A stretch of 64,000 nt of DNA, taken from Raillietiella orientalis (Eukaryota). The stretch lies in the NCBI GenBank assembly GCA_036172245.1, contig JAYWIR010000013.1, positions 992,001 through 1,056,000 on the forward strand. The letters are read 5' to 3'. The position numbers and the translations under genes are program-made. The stretch's first letter is position 1. Each line of letters opens with the position of its first letter. The notes under the pieces are model-generated. The model was not told the DNA's origin and ran no database searches. It saw nothing but the letters and a program-made list of their open reading frames with translations. This document shows, piece by piece, positions 21,701 to 33,700 of this stretch.

Positions 21701-24700
21701 CGCTCATCCAGTTCTCCTACGATCGATCTTTCCACGTCTTCTACTTCCAGGATCTTGTCAAAGGTTTTTGTCTTTTTTTAAAAACAGCAAAATTCAAAAA
21801 TTTTAATTTCTCTTTTTTTTTAAAAAAAAAAAAAAAAAAAAAAGAAAAAACCTTCCAGAATTTCTTCTTAATTATCCGCTATCATGGAGGAAAAATTTTC
21901 GCGCTGGCACTGGTTGCCGGGGAAACGCTAAAAGGTGCAATTAGGCAAGGTAAAAGCGGTGAACACTGTTTACAAGTTTGGGTTGAAGCCTGGCGACTTC
22001 AGCTGGAGGGCAAAAACCCGCGCTGTCATTTCAAATTCGAGCGAATTCTTCCAGCCTTCTCCTCCTCATGACGAAACCTCGCACGCCGCGCGAGCTCGGC
22101 CGACACGCGGCGTTCGCGGGCGATCGCAGGGGGCGGCGCGAAGGTTCGGGCGCGCGCGGTTGCCGCGAAGGTTCGCTTCGGCTTCTTCCAGCGATTCGCG
22201 CCCCGTCGCGGGCGCGGAGACGAGGGGGGGGGGGGGGGACCTGGGCGCGTCTTCCCACTCGGTTCGCGGAGCGCTCCGATTCGCAATGGGTGGTCACTTG
22301 TGCGAGACGACCCGACTGGCGGCTTTAAAATACGAAAACACCACCCCTCCTCCACCCGAAGAAGAAGAAGAAGAAAAAAAAATACACAAGCACAGAATGC
22401 GGGATGCACGCGCACGCATCCTGCGCCTAGGTTCGGAGACACGCCCGGGTCTTCCTGGAACATCTCGCTCCGCCATCACCATTCCGACGAAGCTCCGCCG
22501 ATATCGCGTTCCCAGTGGAGATGACGGTGCCGATAGTCGGATGCTGATCCTGCGAGCGATTTAGAAACGTTCCCGATCTCTTATTTTCATAGGCCACGAT
22601 ATGCGGGATGATTGGAGTTCAAGGCGATGCTGCGAAGCCGAGTCACGATTTCAAAACGAAATCGCTCGTTTATCTGATTTGATCTGCATTATGGGGAGGC
22701 AGCGGCCCTCGACACGCAGCACCATAATAGATAGTTCATATTTCTGTATAGAGCAATCAGATTCAAAGAGCACGCAAAATGAGTACTGGTCAGGTCACCG
22801 ATGTGCTTGCAAACAGCCATAAACGCTGCAGCTTCCTCAATTCCCCCCCCCCCTCAACTGAAACCTGAAAGCGCGTATACGTGCCGGTAAGTATACGTTC
22901 CGTGGCTGCGTTTCTGTCTCCGGGGCAGGTTCTAATCCGGAGCTGTCTCTTCAGCCCAGGAGCAAAGCGGAAGACACCCCGTGGTCGAGAGCTGCACGCG
23001 GCATAACACACGTGCTGGGTTCTTTTTCTTTTGCGCCGCGTTTCGAGACCACTGCTGCTGACACACTCAAGATCCGTAAAGAAGGTGGGGTGGGGTGGGG
23101 TGGGAAGGAAAGAGAGAGAGAAAAAAAAATGGGTGAGGCGGACGCCGTGCGCGCGCGCCGAAGCGCCTCTCTAGATCTCTCTCTACGCGGGAGTAGAAAA
23201 GCTTCGGGAAAAAAAACAAAAAAACAATAGGTGCGCCGCTGTCGGCGGGAACCCCCGGAGTCCCGGTGTGTTCACAATGTAATAGACAGGGACGTTTCAC
23301 TTGCATGCAATCTTAATACATTAAACAGCGAACTCGAAACTGAAGATCGGGGAAACGAAGCGGGCAATAAACCTTCTTGAGTCCGTGGGCAGCCTGCCCA
23401 TCATATCACGATTTATGAACGGCCCTACGGTCATAACGAAAAAGCTACTCTTCCTTCCTTTTCTTCGGGCAAACCCGGCCACGCTACCAAAGCGTCCTGG
23501 ACTGCAGGTCATTACTGCGAGGCAAGCAAATGGGAACGCGGAAAGATCCTATCTGGAGCCTTGGGGGAGGGGGAAGAAAACAAACCCAGCACCGCGATGC
23601 AAAGTTCCGACCACCCCCGTGTGACCTGAGATAAACGGGAACCGCACGCGGCCCGCGATTCGACGGTAGGAAATGGGGACATTGGTTCGGTCCCAGGGAT
23701 GGCCAAAGTCGCTCCCGCGGAGGGGCTTGAAGAGTACATTCCTGCGGCTTTTTTTTCTTTCCCTTTTCCCGCTCTTCTTCCTCTTTCCACACGTGCGAAA
23801 GCTTTTTGCTTGGCACGAAAGAAAAGTCTTTTCGTAAATCGCGAGGTGGGGACTCGTCCGAGCGCTGCCTGCAGCGCGGAGCCACGGGGCGGAGGAATTT
23901 CATAAATAGGGAGCCGAGTGAAGACAAACATGCAAATCTGCCATTCCAGAAATGCAAATCGTCCTCGTTATGCAACACATTCAATTACGCTTACGAATCC
24001 CGAAGGAAAAATTAACCTTGGGCGCGCACAAATTAAAAAACAGTTACCGGAATCCATAAACATAAATTACGTCCATCACATCCAATAAATGCAACACTCT
24101 CCCATTTTCTGTCCAAACTCGAGAGCGCTCCACGGACACCAAAGACAATAAATTCCCAACAAGACGTCGCGAGAGAGAAGGAGAGGGAGAGAGAGGAGGA
24201 GGAAGAGGGTGGGCGGGGAAGTACTTTGCGTCGGTTCGAGAGAACGGAAGTGCACTCTGCGAGAGTTTACGTGGAAAAAAAGAGAGGCCGAAAGTACTTC
24301 GGGCGAAGAGCGCGCTGAGGACGAGCGCCCCCATCACTTGCTCATCAGAGAACCTCGGAAGATGACGTGCCCAGCAGCCTGCCTCTCTCCGGTGCTTTAT
24401 TCTTCGTGAACGGTGCTCCCCCGGCGCTCAGGGATGAGAACGCTCTCCAGCATCCAAGCTCCAAGAGCGTCGTGCCCACCGCGGCGATAAACAACCGGTG
24501 GACGCGGCTCGGCAGAGATGGGGAAGGCGGCGGCTTCACTGCGACCATCGCAAATAATTTTCCAAAGGAAACTCTCTCCTCTTCGGAATCATCGAGTCAT
24601 TAGTTAGGACGTCTCGGTGCACGCGATGATTGATACACTCCGAAAAACACTGTTGTTAACGCGCATGATTCATTCCTGGTTGCCACTTCGTGTCAATCAG

Positions 24701-27700
24701 GAATTCAAGTCCAGTCTAGTCAACAGCCGAGGGAAGGAGGAGGAGGAGGACGAAGCGAAAGAAACAAAAGGAAAAGGAATGATCTTTTTTTCGGGAGAGG
24801 GGGGGGGGGTCTCGAGGCGTCTCCGAGTCCAATCAGACAAGTGTGAAATTCCGCTTCAGGAAGCGGATCGTAAAGTCTACCAAGGAACACTCAGCGCGCT
24901 TCCACGTCTTCATCCGAATCCTGTTGGACCAATAAAGACTGCAGCAAAGTTACGAGCAATTTCGTTTCAAATAAACGCGGAGAGAGAGAGAGAGAGAGAG
25001 AGGGAGGGAGAGTCCACTGCGTTCGGAAATTCGTGGGATTTAAAATTAAAAAAGGAAAAAAAAAAAAAAAAAATCGAGTCGCCTCGCCATCTCCTCAGGA
25101 TTGAAATCCCCTCTATTTCGCCCAATTAATATGCCTAAAGGCGCAGCCCTCAGCCCTCAGCAACGTGGTATCTCGGGAAAGATTCATCGGCAAGAGATGG
25201 AAGAGGGTACAAAGTAATCCCCATCGGACTAAAAAACAAGGGGTCCCGGGAGGAAAATATGTTGCAAGAATGCAGGAGGGAAGTAATCATTGCTTCTTCT
25301 CCTCCTCCTTTTTTTTTTTGTTTCACGCGAAAACACAAGCGAATAAAACAAGGAGCAGCCACATTAGGCAATCACCCATTAGACTACTCGTTACGACGCG
25401 ATTTATGAATACAATTAATAGAGAGCACCACCGCGGATTAATGGAGTTCGTTTTTCTTCGGTTTATCGGTTGCGACGCGAGAAGGAAGTCTTCATGGCAT
25501 CGCTATAAATCGAAATGCTTGGAGACCTCGGGCACGGCACTGTTTTTTTTCTTTTCTTTTTCGGTTACAGGCGTTGCCCTGACGCGAGCTCCCTGCCACA
25601 CATCCTGGTGCACACGCTAAAGGAACACACGGCACAGCAGTGTTGGGCAGCTCCCCCGAACAGCTTCCTCGGATGGATGAAACATCAGTTCGCCACATTA
25701 AGTCATGATCGCCATGGGTGTTTTCGGAACTCGGGTTGCCGGCGCGCTAAGCAACGGCACTTAGCAGCGAAGCGATTTTTTTTTTTTTTTCCTTTTTTTC
25801 CTTCCGTGCACTCCAACGCGCCGACGACGATGCACCACCACCCGACAGGGAAGGAGAGGCCTTCCCGACCGCAGCAGTCCACGTCTGAGGTCCAAGGTAG
25901 CCCAAGGAAAAAAAAGGAGCAAGGGAGGAAAAACTGGAGTAGGCCATGCACGGTCGGCTTCATCAAGCAAAAGCTGCAGCAGCTGTTTCGATCGGCCTTT
26001 GACTTGGGAGGGGAAGGGGAGTTCGTTTTCACTCACCTCGCTCGCATCGGCTGTCACCACCACCACTTCCCGCGCGATCGCTCCGCGTTCCTGCCGCGGC
26101 CGCGCGCGCGTCCAGACCGCGGCGGGAGGGCTTCGCGCTCGGGAGGTGCGCGCGCGCTTCGCCCTTCGGGAACGCACACCCCCGTTGCTCCGGAAGCGAA
26201 CGATTTCTGCCGACCTCTCTTTGTCTCTTCTACACCTCCGGCTCTGGAAGCCCGCGAAGCGACTCGCACGTTTCGTGAAGTGTTTCCGTGCATCGGAAGG
26301 CTCGGCGACGGCACTCCAAGAGTTCACGCGAGAGCGCCGCTGCTGGCGTCGAGGCACCAATCCATTTGGCACAAGCAGTGCTCGGGTTTCTCGGATACCT
26401 TCTCTGGCTGCGTGGAGGGGGGGGGGAGCCGATACCATTTGCATACTCCCAGAACGAAGAATGCGGAGATTGAAAATCCTCACCAATCTATGCAAAGTGC
26501 ACACGCGCCACCCCGGGCCGACATCCCATCTGATTATTCCTCTCGGCCTACCGTGAATATTAACACTCTCCGTACGTCGAAGGGGAGGCGGAAAAGGCCC
26601 TACGTGCGCACTCTGCGCACAACGACGCGCCTGACTCGCCCGAGGTTCCCCTCGGACGTAATACAAATTATAACTTTTCGTTTCGCAGCCCGAAAACAAA
26701 ACCCAGCTTTCCTCTCTCCCTTGTGCGGAGACGCCATATCAATTACTTCCTTTCGGATAACCGAACTGCCACGCAAACAAACACGACGACCCCTTGGCGT
26801 ACGCGGTCCGCAAACACTTTGCAAGGACCCCATCTGGACGGGAACGGCGGAAACAAAGGGAAACACACCCAACCGAGGCCCAAGTTGGAAGGACACCGCG
26901 CGCGCACGTCGATGCTGCCGGAAAAGATCTCACATCCCAGCAAACGTAAACAGCGCGAGACAAAACCACGCGAAGCTCAACGTTGCTCCGTGATCATTAC
27001 GACACATGAAAATCCTGCATGAGCGTCGGTTGTGTAAACACGGAAAACCTCTGCAGGTGCGGGGGCGCAACACCAGAGGGAAACCATTAGGAAGGCGGTA
27101 GCTTTAATTGGAATGATAAATCAGCCACAACCACAAACGAGCTCCGTCGCCGGAAATCCACGAGTTCCCTGCTGAGCTCTGTCCCAGGAAAGGAGCCGTC
27201 GTGGACCGAGCAGACCGTGGTCGCCGGTCATGGCAGCGGCACCTCTTTGCCGGACGGGGTTTGTTGCTTGCTGGTCACGCGAATTCCCGAAGCCCCTCGG
27301 GCCCTTCGTCTGCGCTTGCATGGGTGGACGGACGCGGGCTTCCTGCACTGGTACTTGAAGTGGTGCCACTCGAAGAAACCACGTGAAAGTGAGCGCAACG
27401 GGGGAAAAAAGAAAAAAAAAAAAAAGGGGGGGGGGGAAGGCCCGGCGGGCGCTCGCCAGGTCCGACATTAGCCAGAACCGTAGCATGATGAGGTCACAGA
27501 AACGTGTTGCTTGTTCACAGCCGAATGGCTAAAAAGTCTCGATTAGTATTGCTCAACACAAATCGAACCGGAGCGGAACCGCAGAAGATTTGCATATCAA
27601 TCCGATTGTACGCGACCATCATCGTCCATTAGGAAGGTTTCGAAAAACGGAAAAGGAAAAAAAAAAAAAAGTTGCTGAACGGGCCGGGAAAATTGCATGC

Positions 27701-30700
27701 ACGTAACTTTTCCAAGACAGCGGAAGACTCCAGAAGAGTTTCGGGAGCACACGTGAAGATGGAAATCGAGCGCACAGAGCCTCCACTGGTAGGCGGCAGC
27801 AGCCCACTGACATCACCAATACAACACGCCGGCCACATCATCATCATCATCATACACACATCAGTCACGTACCTAAAGAAATTCATCCACTGCAATATAT
27901 ACGTAATTCATATTTCTGGAAACAAAATCTCCTTCAGAAACGTACGTACATAAGTAAGGAAGAAGTACATACGTACATATACATACTTCTCCCTTAATTA
28001 TATATATATATATATATACACACATACACGTTTATTCCCCTTACGAAATCGTCTACCAAAAAATGAGAATCAATGTACAGACTTCTGCGGGTCGTCAGGG
28101 CTTCGTGTTCGCTTTCGTACACGCAAGCAGCAACAGCTGAGCAACCCGTTGTCCTGGAGAGCTGACCCGACTCGAAATCGCAGGCATCTGCAAAAGAAGC
28201 GACCTGCCTCCTCCCCCCAGGAGCTTCGGACGTTCTTCCCCCATAAACCTCGAAGAGCCGCGTATTCCTCGAGAGAGTGCACAGGTGACCTCAAAATCTT
28301 TTAATTTTCAGAATGTCATCGTGGAATTTTAAAATCCTGATGAATCACCTCGACATGCATAAGTGATGCCCAGCCAGTTTTTTCTTTTTTTTTTTTTTTT
28401 TCTTTCCTTGCGGATGTCGGCAAGCGGCATGGAGACCGCGGAAATTATTATTTCTTACTTGTTCATAAGGCTTCGCCACTGTCCGTTACACATCGCAAAT
28501 TTCTTTTTTTTTTTTTCTCCCACAAATCGCACTTCCTTTTCCTCTTCACGTTAGTTTGTGTACTGAGAGCGCCAAACGAGGACGACGGCACGAACCACCA
28601 CCACCACCACCTACGGGGAGCATCCTGGAAGGCGGGAGAGTTGGGACGGGAGGCGGGGGGGGGAAGGAGAGAGCCACGGTTTGGCTCGATCGCGTCCGGC
28701 AGCTGCGCTCGCGTTTCCATGACTTCCTTCCAGTGGTGATTCACTGAATTATTTTTAAATGCACCTTGAAGGAATCAATTTAACCGAACAGAACCTTCCT
28801 GGTAATTGCCGCATCCATTTTTGGCCGCCGCCTTCTCCAAAATCCTCGAGGCACCCTTAATTTCATCATCCATTTCGTTTTCCGTCATTGTGCACCTCTT
28901 CTCTGAAAAATCCCGCTGCACACTGTAATCTTTCATCTCGTAAACGGAGAGCGTTATGTCGTATGTCATACTCGCATCGCAATTTATAAGCGATGGCGGT
29001 GCAAAGTGGAGTATCCACGGGTGCAGACGGTAGCGAGGAGGAGCTGAAACGGTTTTCCCATGCTGTCCTCTTCAGCGCTTCCGCGACTCGCTCCGGGTTT
29101 CTTCCCTCCGCAAAGACCCCTCCAGCACGGCGGCTCGGTTTCCTACCACTTCGAAGATCAGGCGTTTTCCTTTTTTTCTTTCTTTCTTTTTTTTTTTCTT
29201 TTTTTTAAATTCTCTTTAGCTGAAGCAATGGATCGGTTCCCGAAAAAAAATCCTTCCAGCTGCTTCGATCCACGACGGAAAAGCAGGATCAACAAAAAAT
29301 GCCATCATCCTTGCAACTGTTTAAGAACATTCCCAGGAAAAGGGACTTCGAGGGCCCCTGCCTGAGACCAGCAGTCCCTACGACAACGAAAATTTCGAAG
29401 TCTCCGCTTCGGTCCCGGAGCTTAGTTTAGCCGCATCCTCGAAAAAACTGTACGGCTTCATGTTCGGAGGTGCCTTCGGATTCAAAGACGCACGAAATCA
29501 TCCAAGCGACGACGCGCGTACAGGGAGAGGAAGCAGGAGACACGTTTGTTTTCCAGGATGTGCTGACATTCTTGCAGACGGCGAAACGCCTTGATAAAGC
29601 TGGTCCAGATGCGGTCACACGAGCAGGGAGAGATGGCACGCAGCATCTGGATACTTCGTTTCCGTTTACGAGAAACCGTTCGCCGCCAAACCGCACGGGA
29701 AGTAGTCTGGGCGACCATCCACAGATGTCTCTCTGCTCCTCGAGCAAAGAAAGTTCTGCACTTGGTCCGGCGCGCACCCCGCTTGGCGCGCGAGGAGGCG
29801 AGGAAGACGCAACCGCGTTTCCATTCCTGGTGCTTCGGCAGAAAACAAAAACAACAACACAAAAACCAAAAGAAAAAAAAAAAAAAAAAACAATGGATCG
29901 GTTTCGCAAAGAGGAAGGTGGTGGTGGTCAGGCGGGGACGCAACCAGAGAAGGGAACGGGCGCACCTGTCCGCAGAACATTCGACGCCCACGAGACGGAC
30001 TGGGAACACCCGCGCACAAACAAACATGGAGGATTTGCAGGTGGGAATCCACTTAAATAGACCTCAACCGGAAAACAAATCCTTAAGGAGGCTTGTTCCC
30101 TGACGTTCCGCAATGTTTGCCTTCCCAATTATCATTCCTTATTCCCTCTTATCCACGTTTTCTTCCCGTCTTCTGTACAGTCGAGCAGTATCCCTCTGTT
30201 CGACTGGTCCTACGAAGAAACAAACGCAGGACAAAAAGAGAAAGAAAGAAGCAGTGATTGAAAGCGAAATTTTCAGAGTCCCTGTAGACAGCACAAAGAA
30301 GCGAACGCGGCGTGGCACGACAGTCAGCAGAGTCCCGAGATTTCTTTCCGGGAGACGAAGACAAACGCTCATTGCTTTCTCCGCCGCAATATGAGAACGG
30401 ATCCTTTCCCATTTGGCTCTTTTTGGTTAAGGAAGCGCGAAGAACCGTTACGACCACGCTCATGGCACCGACATCACGGACGGACGGTCACGCTCGTGTG
30501 TATGGGAAAACACAAACGCGGAGAGACATAGTGACACAGATGCTTTCCCCGAATGTCTGCCGAAACCATCATCGTGCACGTGGAGAAGAAGACGAAGGGG
30601 GATGGTCTGCGGCGCCATGCGTTCGTTTTAACGAGGTCTCCCTTCCGCAGAAACGCGGAACGGTCGTCACGTTTCGCATCGGGAAACCCGTCCCGGTGGC

Positions 30701-33700
30701 GCACGAGTGTCGAACAGGTTCAGTCCACACGGCTCCTTCCGAGCCACCTTTGGTGGCGACGGATGCAACCGTGGCATCTTCCGCCCTTGCCGGGTCAAAA
30801 TGCCCCTCGGCTCACGTGACCGACTGGGCGGCTCGAGGTGGCAGCTCCTCTCCCTCGCCGCCGCAGAAAGGGAGTCCCCTTTCTGCGGTGCTCCCTGCTT
30901 CCGTTCCACGTAATCCCGTGGGAGCTCCCCCCCCCCCAATCCCCCACGGGCAGGCGAGCTCGTGTTTCCGCACGCACGCGGCACTCCGAGTGGCAACTGC
31001 GTCCGTCCTGCGGATGACTTCCGAGCGACCGATCGATCCCAGCGCTTCCTCTTGACTGCAACCCCCACTTTCCGTTCTGGGTCGTCGCAAGAATTTTCCC
31101 CACAGCTGAGCGCGGTCCCTCCGCCACACCGTCACCTGCATCTCCAGTTCAGGCGACACAGCAGGAGACAGTCGTGGAACGCAGCAGCTACGTACGGGCA
31201 ATGCCCGGCGGTGGTCGACAAAGGGTTACGGCGAAGAACTTTTCGAGTTGTTTTCCGGAAGGAGTTCGTGATGCGTGCGTTTAACGACCCACACAGAAAG
31301 GTGCGTGGGGTATGACTCAGCGGAACGCACCTGATCCATCCCGGTGAGTGGAACCGGGAATCGGTTCGCTCCCCGGGCAAGAGCTGGCACGCTCGTCCGA
31401 CCTCTGGCTTTCGCTTTGCTCTGCCGTCCTCGCTGAAGCACAAGTGATCTTCGCAGGGTTGCCAGCTTCCTTGGTGGTCGGTTCGGATGGTCCGCGCTGG
31501 GAGAGCAGCCTGAGCATCTCCGAGCCAGTGGTTTCGCGCGGAATTTCGTCAGCGCCATGTTCGAAATCCCCCACCACGTACTTCGCCACGCACCCACTCA
31601 CACGCACGTGAAAGCGCGCGGTCCGGCGACTTCCTGTACCTCGGGCCGACCGCTTTCATCCCCGCAGATCCGCAACTCAAAAGAGGAAGTCGATGACGTC
31701 ACCTGGAAATCCACCGAACGGAACTCGACGTCGGTCTGCGAAGCAGAGGTTCAACCCACGCGGGTGCCGCGCCTCAACGGCCCCCGGGGAGGGGGGGGGG
31801 GGGGCGACCGCCTCGTTTCTGAGCGTTTGACGCTCTGCGAACGAGTTGTCCCGATGCTTCCCTCTTCTTCGGTGCTTCTCCTACCCTCGCCTGGAGTCCC
31901 TCCACCGAACAAACAGCTGGCGTTCCCTTTTCACGCGATCCTTTTTCCCTCAGAAGAAAGAAAAAAACAAAATCGCCGGATGAAGACTCGCTTTTGTTTT
32001 TCTTCCTCCTTTTCCCCCATCAGACAGACTCTTCTTGCTCGGCAGATTTTTTTTTTTTCTTTTTCCGCTTTTTTCTTTTTTTGCTGCTGCTGTTTCAGAT
32101 TTCTGCTGGTGAAGCTGCGGCCGCAAGGAGTCGAAGGGGTTGCCAGGCACCGAGTTTTCGAGGACGGGTTCAGCCGACGCGACGACAAAAGAGGTGGCGC
32201 AACAGAAGACGGCGACGGGGACTTCCGGGAGCTTCTCCTCCGGAGCCGCTGCTGCCGCACTAGGGTCCTCGGCGCCCTGAAAGGGGCGCGAAGCGGCTGA
32301 AAGCCGAAATTCATCATGGCGGCTTTCGTCCGGAGGGAGCGAGTTTTACTTTTGCACCGGCGTCGCCCGGGACCGGAATGGATCGGAACGGAAGGGGATT
32401 CACAGCCACGGGGGGCGCAGGCATTAGCGGACCATTACGTCGCCCACGCGGCAGCGGGAGCGCCAAAGCGGGTTCCGCTCCGGACCGGAGGCGTGCGCCG
32501 GCGGAATGTCCGTTAAGCTGGGATGTTCCCGCCGTGACTCGCTGGAAACGATCCGTGGAAACGTGATCTCTCGGAGGAAACCTCTTGCAGCATCGGTTCT
32601 TCAGCGGTCACGCGCCGAAGCGGGCGCGCCCAGGGCAAGCAGCGCGTTTCTTTCTGCTTTTCGCTTTTCCATTTTTTCCTCCCTCCCACCTTTCTTGTTC
32701 CTGGTGGAAGAGCAGAGGGGGACGGATGGAGGGGGAGGGAGAGGAACGCGGATTCATTACGGAAGAGAGGATGAAAGTAGAATCGTCGATAATTAGGAAG
32801 CAGAACGCGCATCTCGGATGTTCAATATCGAGGTCAGTATGACGTGACCCGAATGGTTCGCCCGAGCTGCACCTCCCGTCCACGAGGTAAAGTGAAAGCC
32901 GCCGCCACTGCTGCCGTGTAAATGGAGGCTCTCGCTCGGTGGACAGGAGATCTGGCTCCCCCCCCACCCACCCACCCACGGAGATGGGAGCGAGCGAGTC
33001 CCCTGGGGTTCGTCGCCCCGCGGCCCGGGAAGCGCGACGCTCAGCCGCTTCCGTGGAGACGGCAGCAGCGCCTCGCAGCTGCCGGCGGCGGTACGGGAGG
33101 AAGGGAGGCAGAGACGGCAGCCAGCGGGGTCCCGCCGGGTGACCTCCCCCGTCCGCGAGCAGCCCTTCCCCGGGGCGCTCCGCTCGATTGAAGGGGTGCT
33201 CCGGGAGGAGGCGGGACGTCCGCGCGCGCATCCCCCCTCCGTTTCCTTGGAGACGTCTCGCCGCCCACGCGGGTAACCTCGTGACCCGTAAAGTTTGTTG
33301 ACTTTCGAGCGGGAAAGTGGGACGCGAGCCGATCGCCGCCGCTCGAGCGGGGGCACTTTCTACAGGACGGATGGGGTGCCCTCGGGGACACAGCGCCCTC
33401 CAACGGCCTTCCCCGCTCTCCTGCGAAGGAGGAGGCGCTCTCGCGAGAGCGTCCGGGGAAGAGTGCAGGGTCTGCCGGCGCTCGTTCCTGGGGCGCCGCA
33501 GACGGGGGCGGGTGGCGCGATCGGTTCCTCCTGACTGCCCCCCTCCCCCCTTGGAGGGAGAGGGAGGACGCGCACGAGCTCTACCCCGGCCCTCTCGCCC
33601 GCCAGCCGGCGCGCCGCGCCTTGGCGTTGTCGCTGCTGCTGCTTGCTGTTTTGGTACCACACGTGGCGCGCGCCCAGCAACCGCCAGGGGTGAGCGCTGG

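Noticed and set aside
20340..21707. 455-aa minus-strand ORF upstream of exon 2, overlapping a 177-aa ORF
   Set aside because: Arg/Pro/Ser-rich with no domain and no convincing in-phase donor; ORFs of this size are common at this GC content.
25515..26993. 492-aa plus-strand ORF antisense within intron 1
   Set aside because: Contains homopolymer-derived poly-Phe/Lys, has no recognisable domain, and starts at TTG.
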